A DNA stretch of 64,000 nt from Nitrospirota bacterium (lineage in GTDB: Bacteria; Nitrospirota; UBA9217), in contig CAVUCU010000001.1 in assembly GCA_963740085.1 (NCBI GenBank), forward strand, positions 128,001 to 192,000. Direction: 5' to 3'. The position numbers and the translations under genes were made by a program. The notes under the pieces are model-generated. The model worked only from the letters and a program-made list of their open reading frames with translations. It was not told the origin of the DNA and did no database searches. This document shows positions 19,127 to 30,301 of this stretch, piece after piece; position 1 is the stretch's first letter, and every line of letters starts with the position of its first letter.

Positions 19127-20151
19127 TTACATCCTCACCACGATCTTCCCGAAGAACTGCCGGGAGAGCAGCTTTTCATAAGCCTTCCCGGCGTCTCTAA
19201 AGTCGAACACGGAGTCGATGACCGGCTTGAGTTTCGCCGGGGTCAGCTTCAGATACTGAAGAACAGCGGCCTTCGGACCCACGTAGACGCCGTGGATCGA
19301 AATGTTCTTTCCGAAGAGATAACGCAGGCTCACTTTTACCTCATCCCCGGAGGTCGCTCCGAAGGTCACGAGTTTGCCTCCGCGTTTGAGACACTCCAGG
19401 GACTTGTTGAAGGTGTCGGCGCCCACGTGGTCCACGGCGATGTCCGCAAGCTCGCCCTTCGTGACGCGCTTCACCGCTTCCGCAAAATCTTCCTTCCGGT
19501 GATTTATGACAAAGTCGGCGCCGAGTGCCTTCGCCTTTTCTGCCTTCCAGTCGTCGCCCACGGTCGTTATGACCGTCGCATGATAAAGTTTGGCGACCTG
19601 GATGAGCGCCGTGCCCACGCCGCTTCCCGCCGCGTGAATGAGGACCGCATCGCCCTGCCTGATGCCCGCGCGCATGACGAGCGAGTTCCACGCCGTGGTA
19701 TAGGTGACCCCGAAGCACGAGGCCTCCTCGAACGAGAGGCCTTCCGGCTTTTTGAAGATATTCCCTCCGGGCGCCGGACATATTCGGCGGACACGCCCGG
19801 CGTCGCGACGCCCAGGATGGAAAAGCCCGCGCATTCATTATCGCGGCCGCTCAGACACCGTTCGCACACGCCGCAGGAAAGCCCGGGGAAAACGATCACC
19901 TCGTCTCCCTGCTTCACATGCCGGACGCCTGGCCCGGCCTTTTCAACGATGCCCGAGGAATCGGAGGCGAAGATATGCGGAAGCGGTATCTTGACCGGAT
20001 AGCCGCCGCTCATGACCCAGACATCGAGATGGTTGAGGGAAAAGGCCTTGACCCTGACCATGACCTCGTTACCGGAGATCTCCGGCGCTGGAAGCTCGCC
20101 GACCTTGATCGCCTGATAACCCTTTTGTTCGTTGTAATAAAGAGCCTTCAT
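19127..20151 (-). pseudogene. Zinc-binding dehydrogenase / NAD(P)H:quinone oxidoreductase (MDR), frameshift near 19772
   Basis: MKALYY...LNHLDVW...CGVCERC...C in one frame; TAWNSL...AAGSGVG...FGKIVV in the next frame. Confidence 0.85.
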
Positions 20152-20485
20152 GGACGTCTCGTTACCCTGCCTGCCAGTATACCTATCGGTAGCCATCAAT
20201 ACATCCCTGCTACATATATTTTTACGCTTCCGTGCAAGATCCGTCAAGCTATAAAACATCGTACCTGTCCTGCAGGATTTACAACCATACCCTCCCGATA
20301 CTAAAGCCCGTACCATTTTGGGGACGTTGTTGTTATTTGATAGATGAGAAATATCCGAGCGTACCCAAACCATCACATTAGTGTTTACGCAGACTAAAGC
20401 CCGCGCCTACCGATGCTAAGGTCAGACAAGGCGAGAATAACGCATTTTAATAGATGGGGCAATCGGGAACATCTTTCGGGGACGT

Positions 20486-20801
20486 TCTTGATCTCGCTCT
20501 ATCGGCAATACAGCAGTGTCCGGACCGGGCGAATGTCATGGCTCTTCATGTCAGCGGGCGCGGGAGTGATATTTTATACGTTCATTGGAGATTATGCGGG
20601 GATCGTCATCAAGGGCGGGTTCGTCCCGGACGTTGCAGGCCTGGCAAACAACAATGTCTTTCAGAAAGCCGTCGCCTCCTTTGTGCTTGTACACTTCGAC
20701 TGGTGGATTTTCTCTGCTGGAGAAGCGCTGATCATCCTGTCCGGTGTCGCGGTGTATGTGAGGACCATGAACAAATGATCGTTCAACGGGGCGGTCTGGA
20801 G
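20486..20801 (+). repeat. Diverged direct-repeat copy of the 3' end of the 16655-17383 membrane gene (matches 17091-17405)
   Basis: Colinear DNA match over ~315 bp, including the stop codon and ~20 bp downstream; the 5' part of the gene is absent. Confidence 0.9.
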
Positions 20802-20840
20802 CCCGAGCTGAAGGATCGGGTCATTTCCGTGAATTCCACA

Positions 20841-20876
20841 AACAAAGCAGGGCTCCGATTACAGAGCCCTGCTTGT
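20841..20876. terminator. Probable terminator hairpin
   Basis: AAGCAGGGCTC-N8-GAGCCCTGCTT downstream of the DUF4382 gene. Confidence 0.65.
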
Positions 20877-20890
20877 ATCTCGCAGCGTGG

Positions 20891-22096
20891 CTACGGTATC
20901 AGGGTAAAGTATTGAGTCACATCTCCCGCTGAAATGTCCTCATTGACGGATTGGGTCTGGTATCCGCTTGCTGACGCCTCGGCAGCGTACAGGCCTGCAG
21001 CTCCGGGTTGCGGCGCAAGTAAGATCGGGACCGTGCCGGCGCCATAACTTCCGAGCAGCGGAGGGACGATGGGGAGCGCGACCGAGTATGCCCCGGACAG
21101 CAGGTCTGCTCCCTGCGATCTCACGGTAACCGTCGGACCTGCCGTAAAGGTCTGCTTCGCCGCGAGATAAGCTACCGTATCCGTACCAGCCGGATTCAGC
21201 GTGATGGTGCCGCTGATGTTTTGCACGGACGAGGTCGGTAAACTGATCGGCGACGCGCTGGTGCTCGTGATCGTCGCGCCGGCCGTCCCGGTGGCGTTTG
21301 AGACCGGGACGCCGCTGATCACGGCCGTCGCGTGGCCGTCAGCGGTGATAACGACGTCATAGTTCCCCGCATCGAGGTGAGAAAGAAAGAACTCTCCAGT
21401 CAACTGGTCCGGCACCGTCGAACGAACTTCCACGCCGCCGACCTGTGCGGAAGCAATCACGTTGCTGCCAAGTAAGGAAGTATCGACGAACCCATCGATG
21501 CCGGTGAGCAGGGTCGGAATGACCTTGATCACGGGCTTCAGCGCGTAGCTGCCGTTGCCCCGCGTAACGATCGATTTTAAGGCATCGAAATCCAGCACGA
21601 GGTCGACGTGTTGACCGGGGGCCACATCGAACTCATGGATCAATTTAATACCGCTTTGCACCGCGCTCGGCGTAAAAAGCGGGATCTCGGTCGTTGTGCC
21701 GGAGGTCACCACCGAGTTGGCAATGTTCGTCCCAGTGTTCATGGATAGCACGAGGCGCAGTTGGGTATAATGACCCGCCGGAAGCGATGTCTGTCCAAGG
21801 TTGTCGAGCACTCCATTAGTCAAATTCAAAAGATTTATTTTCCGGGGTGGGGTGAGCGTGATGTCCGACCATCCGGAATCATTGTCCGAAGCCGTCGAGC
21901 TCTGGTGCACCCTGACCATGCTCACCGTCACGTGGACCGCGTCAAAACCGGTAGCCGGCGCATCGGTAATCGAAACGCTCAGGGTCCCAGATTGCTGGGT
22001 ACCCGATTGGTTACTGTTTGAGTTGCCGCATCCCGATGCAAGAACGGCCAGGATTGCCATAAAAGAGAGTGCTAAACACAGTTTGCAGTTATTCAT
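20891..22096 (-). CDS. DUF4382-domain lipoprotein
   Basis: Lipobox LASGC; SITDAP, YTQLRL, LDFDALKSI and YALKPVI motifs. Confidence 0.88.
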   Translation of the reverse strand: MNNCKLCLALSFMAILAVLASGCGNSNSNQSGTQQSGTLSVSITDAPATGFDAVHVTVSMVRVHQSSTASDNDSGWSDITLTPPRKINLLNLTNGVLDNLGQTSLPAGHYTQLRLVLSMNTGTNIANSVVTSGTTTEIPLFTPSAVQSGIKLIHEFDVAPGQHVDLVLDFDALKSIVTRGNGSYALKPVIKVIPTLLTGIDGFVDTSLLGSNVIASAQVGGVEVRSTVPDQLTGEFFLSHLDAGNYDVVITADGHATAVISGVPVSNATGTAGATITSTSASPISLPTSSVQNISGTITLNPAGTDTVAYLAAKQTFTAGPTVTVRSQGADLLSGAYSVALPIVPPLLGSYGAGTVPILLAPQPGAAGLYAAEASASGYQTQSVNEDISAGDVTQYFTLIP

Positions 22097-22306
22097 TTGA
22101 TTTCCCTCCTGCCATATTATTAAAACTAAGAAAATAGATGCTCTGAAATAGATTCTACATCGTTTTTTGTATGCTGACAGCTTTTAGTATCAATAAGACG
22201 AATAAAAAATGAAAAGGTTACAATAAAGGTTGGAACGGAAAGCATAGTATAAACAATGAAGGTATTTGATTTTTTGGGGAAAGCGTCGTTGAATCGATCA
22301 GGGATT

Positions 22307-23515
22307 CTATTTCTTTAATAATTCACTGATAGCGGTAATGACTGCAGCGGCAACTTGCGTTTTCGGCAGGGTCGGAACCTCGGTCCTCTTCCCGGACCGG
22401 TCAATGATCGTCACGGCGTTCGTATCAACGCCGAACCCCGATCCGCTCTTGAGCAGGTCATTGACGACTATCATATCAAGCTTTTTGTCTTTCAGCTTTT
22501 TCTCGGCGTTCCGTTCAACGTCGTCGGTTTCTGCGGCAAACCCTACCAGCATTCGCTTTCCCCCGGCCTTGCCGAGTTCGAGCAGGATATCCTCGGTCCG
22601 TTCAAGCTGAAGCGTCTGGGCCGCGTCTTCTTTTTTTATCTTACGGTCCGACGTCTGGAGAGGTTTGAAGTCGGATACCGCCGCGGCCATGATCACGATA
22701 TGACTGCGATCGAGATGCTCCGTTACCGCACGATGCATCTCCCCGGCGCTGACCACGGATACCACTTTCATTCCGCGCGGCGGCGCAAGCTGTGTGGGGC
22801 CGGATATCAGGATAACCTCCGCACCCCGGTCCCGCGCCGCAGCGGCAAGCGCATATCCCATTTTCCCCGTTGAGGGATTGCTGATAAAACGGACCGCGTC
22901 AATGAACTCTCGTGTCGGCCCCGCCGTTACGAGAACGGTCTTCCCCGCAAGGTCTTTTGATGTCAGGAGAGCCGCAACCTCCCGGAGTATCAGGTCGGTG
23001 TCCGCAAGCCTGCCCTGCCCCGTAGTTCCGCAGGCAAGGTCGCCGGTACCGGGTTCGACAAACCTTACGCCGGAATCCTTCAGCACCGAAATGTTTTTCT
23101 GGAGACGGGGATTTCGGTACATACGGTCATTCATGGCCGGCGCGATGAGGAGCGGGCAGTCGATGGCCATCAGGGCTGAGGTCAGGGCGTCGTCCGCGAT
23201 GCCTGCGGCGATCTTGCCGATGATGTTCGCCGTGGCCGGAGCGACGAGAGAGAGGTCCAGACCATCGGTGATCTCGATGTGTCCGATGGCTCCCTGCTCT
23301 CTGTCCCAGAACTCATCATACAACACCAGTCCGCGCGAGAGCGTCTCAAAGGTCAGCCGCGAGACAAAGTGCTCCGCGTTCCTCGTCATCGCGACGCGCA
23401 CCTCGGCACCCTGCTCCGACAGCCTTCGCAGCAGGTCCACCGCCTTATATGCCGCGATACTGCCGGACACGCCGAGAAGGATCCGTTTCCCTGCTAAAAG
23501 GTCACTCTGCGACAC
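22307..23515 (-). CDS. coaBC: Bifunctional phosphopantothenoylcysteine decarboxylase/ligase
   Basis: GSIAAYK, APATAN, PAMN, TAGPTRE, STGKMG, AAVSDF and GFAAET motifs. Confidence 0.97.
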   Translation of the reverse strand: MSQSDLLAGKRILLGVSGSIAAYKAVDLLRRLSEQGAEVRVAMTRNAEHFVSRLTFETLSRGLVLYDEFWDREQGAIGHIEITDGLDLSLVAPATANIIGKIAAGIADDALTSALMAIDCPLLIAPAMNDRMYRNPRLQKNISVLKDSGVRFVEPGTGDLACGTTGQGRLADTDLILREVAALLTSKDLAGKTVLVTAGPTREFIDAVRFISNPSTGKMGYALAAAARDRGAEVILISGPTQLAPPRGMKVVSVVSAGEMHRAVTEHLDRSHIVIMAAAVSDFKPLQTSDRKIKKEDAAQTLQLERTEDILLELGKAGGKRMLVGFAAETDDVERNAEKKLKDKKLDMIVVNDLLKSGSGFGVDTNAVTIIDRSGKRTEVPTLPKTQVAAAVITAISELLKK

Positions 23516-23527
23516 GCCTGAAACTCC

Positions 23528-23983
23528 TTATTCCTCGGTCTCATCCGTATGCTCGGAAGATTCCTCAACCGCATCTTCGTCGCCGTGGCCCTCTCCCTCA
23601 GGCTCTTCAGTTCCCTCTTCAACCCCTTCTTCGGAACCCTCTTCATCAGCGGACTCTGAAAGATAAGCGCTGAGTTCCTTGCGGATCTCCTCTTCCTTGG
23701 CCGAAAGCTGGGCATCGGCCTTCGCCCGCTCTTCGCGCTTGCGGAACTCTTCCTTGGCCACATTGGCCGCTTCCCCGATGATGATCTTGAACTTTCCCGC
23801 GACAGCCTCTTCCAGCGCGACGGTCGTGTCCTTGATGGAGTGCGTGGTAACCTGCATCGGGGCCCCGGCGGAGAGCTGCCTCACCCGCTGGGACGCGATG
23901 TGCACCAGGCGGAACTTTGTATCGGCAATTGTGTCCTTCATCTCGATGGGGAGAGAGATCAGATCTTCTGCTGCGTTTTGCAT
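23528..23983 (-). CDS. rpoZ: RNA polymerase omega subunit with a long acidic C-terminal tail
   Basis: KFRLVHIASQRVRQL...TTVALEE; lies between gmk and coaBC. Confidence 0.88.
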   Translation of the reverse strand: MQNAAEDLISLPIEMKDTIADTKFRLVHIASQRVRQLSAGAPMQVTTHSIKDTTVALEEAVAGKFKIIIGEAANVAKEEFRKREERAKADAQLSAKEEEIRKELSAYLSESADEEGSEEGVEEGTEEPEGEGHGDEDAVEESSEHTDETEE

Positions 23984-24022
23984 TGTGTACCTCCTCGAAT
24001 TGTAAGTCGTAAAGTCAATAAT

Positions 24023-24101
24023 TAACCACAGAGAACACAGAGATGGTCATGAATGAACTATTCGGATTTCCCCGATCATACATCAGTGTGCCCTGTGGTT
24101 A
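24023..24101. repeat. Palindromic ACCACAGAG-type element
   Basis: TAACCACAGAGAACACAGAG ... CAGTGTGCCCTGTGGTTA. Confidence 0.65.
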
Positions 24102-24112
24102 TGTTTTTTAAA

Positions 24113-24721
24113 TTAAAATATCCCTTCGATCCACGTGGTATCCATAAGCCCGACGCGGCATCGTTCCGCGATAACAATGGACCGCAGTTCGGTGAGCGCC
24201 CGGTCGAAATCCCGGTTGACAATAAGGTAGTCGTACATGGCGTAGTCCTTGATCTCTTCGCGCGACCGTTTCATCCGTCTCCGGATCTCGTCCTCGTTGT
24301 CCGACTTGCGGTTCCTGAGCCGTTCCTCGAGGATATCGAGCGACGGCGGCATGATAAAAATGAACACCGCGGTGGCATATTTTTCCTTGATCTGTTTTGC
24401 CCCCTGCGTGTCGATATCGAGAATTATATCACGGCCCTTCGAGACCATGACGTCCAGCACCCTTCGCGACGTCCCATAGAGGTTCGAGTGGACCTCGGCC
24501 CATTCCGCGAAATCGCCCGCCTGGATCATTTCCCGGAACCGCGCCTCGCTCACGAAATAGTAGTCCCTCCCGTCGATCTCGCCGTTCCGCGGTTTGCGCG
24601 TGGCATAGGAAACCGAGTGGGTAAGCTTCTCCAGCGAGTCGGTAATGGCCCGGCACAGGCTGGTCTTGCCCGCGCCCGACGGCGCGGAAACCACGAACAG
24701 CAGTCCCTGCTTTCTCTTCAT
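24113..24721 (-). CDS. gmk: Guanylate kinase
   Basis: [25 protein letters not shown] and NLYGT motifs. Confidence 0.97.
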   Translation of the reverse strand: MKRKQGLLFVVSAPSGAGKTSLCRAITDSLEKLTHSVSYATRKPRNGEIDGRDYYFVSEARFREMIQAGDFAEWAEVHSNLYGTSRRVLDVMVSKGRDIILDIDTQGAKQIKEKYATAVFIFIMPPSLDILEERLRNRKSDNEDEIRRRMKRSREEIKDYAMYDYLIVNRDFDRALTELRSIVIAERCRVGLMDTTWIEGIF

Positions 24722-24969
24722 GGCTCGCTCCCGGTGGAAAATCTCTGCATCAGGGTCTCGACCTGCACCGCGGAGAGAATGACATGGTCGCTGTCGGTGA
24801 TGATGATGGCCCTGGTCTTTCTCCCCTGGGTGGCGTCTAGCAGCCGCTTCTGTTCTTTGGCCTCATCCTTGAGCCGCCGCATGGGCGCCGAGTCGGGAGA
24901 AAGGACAGCAACGACCTTTGTCGCCATCACCATGTTGCCGTATCCGATATTGACGAGGTTATTCAGCAT
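24718..24969 (-). CDS. DUF370 (RemA-like) protein
   Basis: NIGYGN...PDSAPMRRL...[10 protein letters not shown]; typical position between yicC and gmk. Confidence 0.92.
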   Translation of the reverse strand: MLNNLVNIGYGNMVMATKVVAVLSPDSAPMRRLKDEAKEQKRLLDATQGRKTRAIIITDSDHVILSAVQVETLMQRFSTGSEP

Positions 24970-24972
24970 GGA

Positions 24973-25854
24973 TCACTCGATATTCTGGACCTGTTCGCGT
25001 ATCTTTTCCAGCTCCGCCTTGACATTCACCACATCCATGGATATCTGCGCGTCCATGGCCTTGGATGCGATGGTGTTCACTTCTCTTCCCATCTCCTGCA
25101 GCAGAAAATCGAGTTTCCTGCCCACGGCTTCACGCATGGAACCGCCCAGCAATGACCGGAATTGCGTCATGTGGCACTCCAGACGGGTGAGCTCCTCGGT
25201 AACGTCCGTACGCTCCGCGAGGACCGCTATTTCCTGCGCCAGCCTGAGCGGATCAGGTTGTTCGGTCAGCAGCCGGTTCAGGGTTTCCGTCATTCGCTTG
25301 CGCGTGTTCTCAATGGTGACCGGCACCTGGACGCGGATGGCCCGGCCAGCTCGTTCTATGGTATCGAGGCGCTCGACGATATCCCGCGCCAGAAGAGCGC
25401 CTTCTTCATTGCGCATCAGATCGAGCTCATCAAGCGCCTGCGACATGCCTTTTGACAGGATCTGCCACAGGTTCTCCGGGTCATCCTTTTCCTCGGTCAT
25501 CGTGATGAGGTCCGTCAAACCAGCCACCAGCGAGAGATCCACCTCTCCGCTCAACCCGAACCGTTTCTTGAGGTCCTCCAGTATCCCGATGTACTGCGCC
25601 GCCAGCGCTTCGTTCACGACAAGCCTGCCGCCGCTTTCGCGTTCGCTGTCCCGGATCACGGAGACATCGAATCTTCCCCGGAAAAAACGCTCCTGAACGG
25701 TCTTTTTCACCCGCGATTCCAGTACCGCAAGCCCCCGGGGCATCTTTATCTGGATATCCAGGTAACGGTTGTTCAGCGAACGGATCTCTATGGAAAAATG
25801 ACTTCCTGCATCGCCCGTTTCGGTGCGGCCATAACCCGTCATGCTGCGTATCAT
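24973..25854 (-). CDS. yicC: YicC/YloC family endoribonuclease
   Basis: MIRSMTGYGR, GRKLDFLLQEMGREVNT and IREQVQNIE motifs. Confidence 0.95.
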   Translation of the reverse strand: MIRSMTGYGRTETGDAGSHFSIEIRSLNNRYLDIQIKMPRGLAVLESRVKKTVQERFFRGRFDVSVIRDSERESGGRLVVNEALAAQYIGILEDLKKRFGLSGEVDLSLVAGLTDLITMTEEKDDPENLWQILSKGMSQALDELDLMRNEEGALLARDIVERLDTIERAGRAIRVQVPVTIENTRKRMTETLNRLLTEQPDPLRLAQEIAVLAERTDVTEELTRLECHMTQFRSLLGGSMREAVGRKLDFLLQEMGREVNTIASKAMDAQISMDVVNVKAELEKIREQVQNIE

Positions 25855-25917
25855 TGTTTATCCACCTTACTGGAACCTAGAGCAAACGCACTGATAATTG
25901 TTACATTCCTACGAAAT

Positions 25918-25955
25918 CCCCCTCTCCCCGCCGGGGAGAGGATTAAGGTGAGGGG
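25918..25955. repeat. REP-like GC palindrome
   Basis: CCCCCTCTCCCCGCCGGGGAGAGGATTAAGGTGAGGGG. Confidence 0.6.
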
Positions 25956-26033
25956 CCGAAAACGTATCAAAATTAAATGCGTTTGTTTAGTTTACGCTTC
26001 GATATCCGCAATGTCAAACGGTCCCGCGTCGCA

Positions 26034-26429
26034 TTAGAACTTTCTCGCATAATCCTCTTCAATGACCGGCGTAAAATGGAAGGTCCTGACGGTGTACGGC
26101 GGATAGACGTCAAAAAAGAAATGGAGTTCCACATCCCACGCCGTGCTGATCTTCATCCGGTGCGTATCGTCATCCCGCACCAGCTTAAAATCGTCCGGAC
26201 CGAGCGGCAGGCCTATTTCTTTCGCCTTTTTCTCAAGAGCAGACAGTATTTCCTCGTCTTTCGTGGTCTGCGCAAAGCGGGCCTGGCCGACCATTTCGTC
26301 CTTCATCTCTTCCGCATCAATGTACATCGGTATAACTTTGGCGCCAACATGAATGATGATAAATAAAAGCAGCACTATAAGGATGACTTTATAACTGACC
26401 ATCCCGCTGTCCTTCGAAAGAATGGACAA
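26034..26429 (-). CDS. DUF4845-like membrane-anchored protein
   Basis: TTG start after AGGAGG; N-terminal TM helix, KVIPMY; lies downstream of lepB. Confidence 0.7.
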   Translation of the reverse strand: MSILSKDSGMVSYKVILIVLLLFIIIHVGAKVIPMYIDAEEMKDEMVGQARFAQTTKDEEILSALEKKAKEIGLPLGPDDFKLVRDDDTHRMKISTAWDVELHFFFDVYPPYTVRTFHFTPVIEEDYARKF

Positions 26430-26449
26430 TGGCGTTTCCTCCTTCTTTT

Positions 26450-27163
26450 CTATCGTATCAGCGTACCTATCCGCTCCCAGCGAACCCAACGGCCGTTTCC
26501 ATCCCATGACCAGTAGATGATGAGAGCCCGGCCGAGTATCTTTTCCTCCTTCACGAAACCCCAGAACCGGCTGTCCTGGCTGTTATCGCGATTATCTCCC
26601 ATCACAAATACCGAATCAGCCGGCACCAGCTTGGGACCGAAATCATAACCCGACTGGTCGTGAAGATATAAAATGTCGTGTTTGACGCTGCCAAGTTGTT
26701 CTTCATACAGCTTCGGCTTTTCATAATATGGCGAGCCGTCTCCCTGCTCACCTTCCTTGAACTCACCTTGCGGGATGACCGGCACGGGCTGATCATTGAT
26801 GAACAAGATCCCCTTTTTGATCTCGATCTTGTCACCCGGCAGGCCGATGACGCGTTTAATGAAGTTTTTTGATTCGTTCTCGGGATACTTAAAAACGATG
26901 ATATCACCGCGCTTCGGCTCTTTCCATTTGAATATCCTGATATCCGTAAACGGTATCCGGGGGCCATAGACGAACTTGTTCACCAACAGGTGATCGCCGA
27001 TGTCGAGCGTCGGGATCATCGATCCCGACGGGATCTTGAATGCCTCGACCACAAACTGTCGAATGAACAAAGCCACGACCGCCGCGATGAGAAACGGTTC
27101 GATCCATTCCTTGTAAAATGATTTGTGCTTCACTTCTTGTTTCTGTTCTGATGACGACATCAT
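26450..27163 (-). CDS. lepB: Signal peptidase I
   Basis: IPSGSMIPTL, FIKRVIGLPGD and MGDNRDNSQDSR motifs. The longer ORF start lies inside heptamer repeats. Confidence 0.96.
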   Translation of the reverse strand: MMSSSEQKQEVKHKSFYKEWIEPFLIAAVVALFIRQFVVEAFKIPSGSMIPTLDIGDHLLVNKFVYGPRIPFTDIRIFKWKEPKRGDIIVFKYPENESKNFIKRVIGLPGDKIEIKKGILFINDQPVPVIPQGEFKEGEQGDGSPYYEKPKLYEEQLGSVKHDILYLHDQSGYDFGPKLVPADSVFVMGDNRDNSQDSRFWGFVKEEKILGRALIIYWSWDGNGRWVRWERIGTLIR

Positions 27164-27192
27164 ACCTCCGGGACGGCCTGAGAAACGGCCGT

Positions 27193-27297
27193 AATTGTAA
27201 ATTGAAAATTGGAAATTGGAAATTGGAAATTTAAAAATGATAACCATGGAAGCGCCGGGTTTCCCGCTTTAAATTTCCAGTTTACAATTTCCAATTA
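27193..27297. repeat. Inverted heptamer-repeat element
   Basis: (AAATTGG)n ... (TTTCCAA / TTTACAA)n between lepA and lepB. Confidence 0.75.
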
Positions 27298-27309
27298 GTT
27301 TTTCTGACA

Positions 27310-29121
27310 CTACTCTCCCACCTTCAAAACCGCCAGGAACGCCTCCTGCGGGAGTTCGACACTGCCGACCTGCTTCATCCTTTTTTTGCCTTCCTTCTGT
27401 TTTTCCAGAAGCTTGCGTTTTCGCGTGATATCTCCGCCGTAGCACTTCGCGGTCACGTCCTTGCGCAACGCCCTGACCGTCTCCCGGGAGATGATCTTTG
27501 AGCCGATCGCAGCCTGGATGATCACCTCATACAACTGCCGCGGGATCACTTCCTTGAGCTTCTCCGCAAGCTGTCTGCCGCGGATCGCGGCCTTGTCCCG
27601 GTGCGTGATGAGCGACAAGGCATCCACGGGTTCCCCGTTCATCAGTACGTCGAGCTTCACGAGATCGGACTCAACATAGCCCGACAGTTCATAATCAAGC
27701 GAGGCGTATCCCTTGGTCAGTGATTTAAGCCGGTCATAGAAGTCCATCACGATCTCGTTCAGAGGAAGATCGTAGGTGATCCGCACGCGGTCCTTGGTGA
27801 TATACTCGATCTCCCGCTGGTTGCCGCGCCGCTCCTGACACAACGCGATAAGCGATCCCACATACTGCTCCGGCGTGATGAGCGAGGCCACGATCATCGG
27901 CTCCTCGATGCGCTGGATATCCTGGATGTCAGGCATCTTGGCGGGATTGTCCACCATCATGATGTCGCCGCTGTTCCTGGTCACCCGGTAAACGACCGTC
28001 GGCGCTGTCGGGATCAGATCGAGTTTGAACTCCCGCTCGAGCCGTTCCTTTACGATATCCATATGCAGCAGGCCGAGAAAGCCGCACCGGAAGCCGAAGC
28101 CCAGCGCGAGCGACGTTTCCGGTTCATAGGTGAACGACGAATCGTTCAACCTCAGTTTCTCGAGGGCGTCGCGCAGATCGGCGTAGCTGTCGCTGTCCAC
28201 CGGGTAGATGCCGGCGAAGACCATGGGTTTTACGTCTTTGTACCCCGGGAGCGGCGAGTCAGCCGGACGATCGGCGTCCATGACCGTATCGCCGATCTTG
28301 GCATCCGCAACCCGCTTGATGCCGGCGATGATACAGCCCACCTCACCCGGGGACAATTCCGTTGTCAGCTGCATCTTCGGCGTGAAAACCCCGACGGACT
28401 GCACTTCGTAGACCGCGGAATTCGAGAACAGCCTGATCTTCTGCTTCGGACGCACAATGCCGTCCACTACCCGTACCAGAATGACCACCCCCTGGTACGT
28501 GTCATACCAGGAGTCGAATAACAGCGCTTTGAGCGGCGCATCAGGGTCTCCGGGAGGAGACGGAATATTTTTGACGATCGACTCGAGGATCTCGTGGATG
28601 CCGATCCCCGCCTTGGCGCTCGCAGAAATAGCACCTGACGCGTCCAGTCCTATGACCTCTTCGATCTGGTGCTTCGCCTCTTCTATGTTTGCGCTCGGCA
28701 GATCTATTTTATTGATCACCGGGATCATCTCGAGGTTATGATCGAGCGCAAGATATGCGTTGGCAAGTGTCTGCGCCTCTACTCCCTGCGAGGCGTCCAC
28801 CACGAGGAGCGCGCCTTCACATGCCGCCATGCTGCGCGATACCTCGTAGGTAAAATCGACATGCCCCGGCGTATCGATCAGGTTCAGGATATAGTCCCGG
28901 CCGTCGGACGCCTTATACGTGAGACGCACGGCATGGGCCTTGATGGTGATGCCGCGTTCGCGTTCAAGGTCCATATCGTCCAGAACCTGGTTGCTTCCCG
29001 CGGCCGACATCTCCCGGTCCGAAAGCGCTCCCGTAAACTCAAGGATCCTGTCGGCAAGCGTTGACTTGCCGTGGTCAATATGCGCAATGATGCAGAAATT
29101 CCTGATATTTGTGCTGGCCAT
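27310..29121 (-). CDS. lepA: Elongation factor 4
   Basis: [28 protein letters not shown] and [14 protein letters not shown] motifs. Confidence 0.99.
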   Translation of the reverse strand: MASTNIRNFCIIAHIDHGKSTLADRILEFTGALSDREMSAAGSNQVLDDMDLERERGITIKAHAVRLTYKASDGRDYILNLIDTPGHVDFTYEVSRSMAACEGALLVVDASQGVEAQTLANAYLALDHNLEMIPVINKIDLPSANIEEAKHQIEEVIGLDASGAISASAKAGIGIHEILESIVKNIPSPPGDPDAPLKALLFDSWYDTYQGVVILVRVVDGIVRPKQKIRLFSNSAVYEVQSVGVFTPKMQLTTELSPGEVGCIIAGIKRVADAKIGDTVMDADRPADSPLPGYKDVKPMVFAGIYPVDSDSYADLRDALEKLRLNDSSFTYEPETSLALGFGFRCGFLGLLHMDIVKERLEREFKLDLIPTAPTVVYRVTRNSGDIMMVDNPAKMPDIQDIQRIEEPMIVASLITPEQYVGSLIALCQERRGNQREIEYITKDRVRITYDLPLNEIVMDFYDRLKSLTKGYASLDYELSGYVESDLVKLDVLMNGEPVDALSLITHRDKAAIRGRQLAEKLKEVIPRQLYEVIIQAAIGSKIISRETVRALRKDVTAKCYGGDITRKRKLLEKQKEGKKRMKQVGSVELPQEAFLAVLKVGE

Positions 29122-29155
29122 TATCTATTTCAAATTCCAATTCTCAGATGACAAA

Positions 29156-29342
29156 TCCGGACAAACCGGAACCAAATTCTTGGAACCGCGATGGCCTATG
29201 AAAGAAAAGCGGCCACTTAGAGATTCCGCAAAGAGCGCCAGGAAAACCTTCGTTCTTAGTTTTAACCAATCAAAATCTTTCGCCTTCTTCGCGACCTTTG
29301 CGCCTTAGCGGTAAAGATTTTGTCCTTGCGGGCTTGTTCAGG
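29156..29342. repeat. MITE-like element, copy 3, with both terminal arms
   Basis: TCCGGACAAACCGGAA ... GGCTTGTTCAGG, with an internal CGCAAAG / CTTTGCG palindrome. Confidence 0.6.
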
Positions 29343-29353
29343 AGTCTGTCTCC

Positions 29354-30301
29354 CTACGCTTGCCGTATCTTCCGCAGCGCCCCGGCCGCCGCGCCGATAG
29401 TTCCAGCGTCATCGCCGAGCAGCGAGGGAACGATCTCTGTCCGCTCCGCGGGAACCTGAAAGGCCCGCTTCATGATCTCCTCGTGAGTAGAACCGATGAA
29501 GAGGTCCCAGGCCTCCTTGACACCGCCGCCGATCACGATCATGTTGGGGTTAAAGATATTGATCAGATTCGCAATGCCAATGCCGAGCAGAGATCCCATA
29601 TCCTTCATTATCTGCCGGGCGACAGGATCTCCGTTCCGCGCCGCCTGATAGATCTGCACGGACGTTAACTCTGAAAGCTGGGTTATTTCCATCATGCCCT
29701 TGGCTTCCCGGTAGCTTTGTACGATACCGCGCGCCGAAGCGTACATTTCAAGACAACCGGTGTTGCCGCATCCACACTGCCGCCCCTCGGGGATCAGCGT
29801 CATGTGGCCTATCTCCCCTGCCATTCCGTCAGCGCCCTGCCAGATCTTATTATCGAGCACGATCCCGCCACCCACGCCGGTCCCGAGCGTCAACAGGATC
29901 ATACTGTTAATGCCGCGTCCCGCACCGCGCCACTGCTCTCCCAGTGCCGCCGCATTGGCGTCGTTCTCGATAACAACCGGAATACGGAGCGCCTTCTCCA
30001 ATTCATCCCTGAGGGGGAGGTTGTTCCAGTCAGGGAAGTTGGGAGACTTCACGACAACGCCCTTGTCCATCCGGATAACGCCGGGCGCGCCGACGCCGAC
30101 CGCCATGACCTGCAGTCCACGCCGCATGGCGGTCTCCCGCAGCTGCGCGATATTGTCAACCAGGCGGGCGACGACCTTTTTCCAGCCATCCGAGGCGTTC
30201 GTGGCCTCTTTGCGCTTGTCGAGAATGTCTCCGTCAACGCTGAGAAGCGCCGTTCTCAGGTTTGTACCGCCGAGGTCTACGCCAATTACCACCTGGCCCA
30301 C
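29354..30301 (-). CDS. ROK family sugar kinase (glucokinase)
   Basis: GVDLGGT, ENDANAAALGE, GTGVGGG and GEIGH...CGCGNTGCLE motifs. Confidence 0.93.
   Translation of the reverse strand: MGQVVIGVDLGGTNLRTALLSVDGDILDKRKEATNASDGWKKVVARLVDNIAQLRETAMRRGLQVMAVGVGAPGVIRMDKGVVVKSPNFPDWNNLPLRDELEKALRIPVVIENDANAAALGEQWRGAGRGINSMILLTLGTGVGGGIVLDNKIWQGADGMAGEIGHMTLIPEGRQCGCGNTGCLEMYASARGIVQSYREAKGMMEITQLSELTSVQIYQAARNGDPVARQIMKDMGSLLGIGIANLINIFNPNMIVIGGGVKEAWDLFIGSTHEEIMKRAFQVPAERTEIVPSLLGDDAGTIGAAAGALRKIRQA

Noticed and set aside
24053-25696. 547-aa plus-strand ORF
   Set aside because: Antisense shadow of gmk, DUF370 and yicC, with no recognisable motifs.
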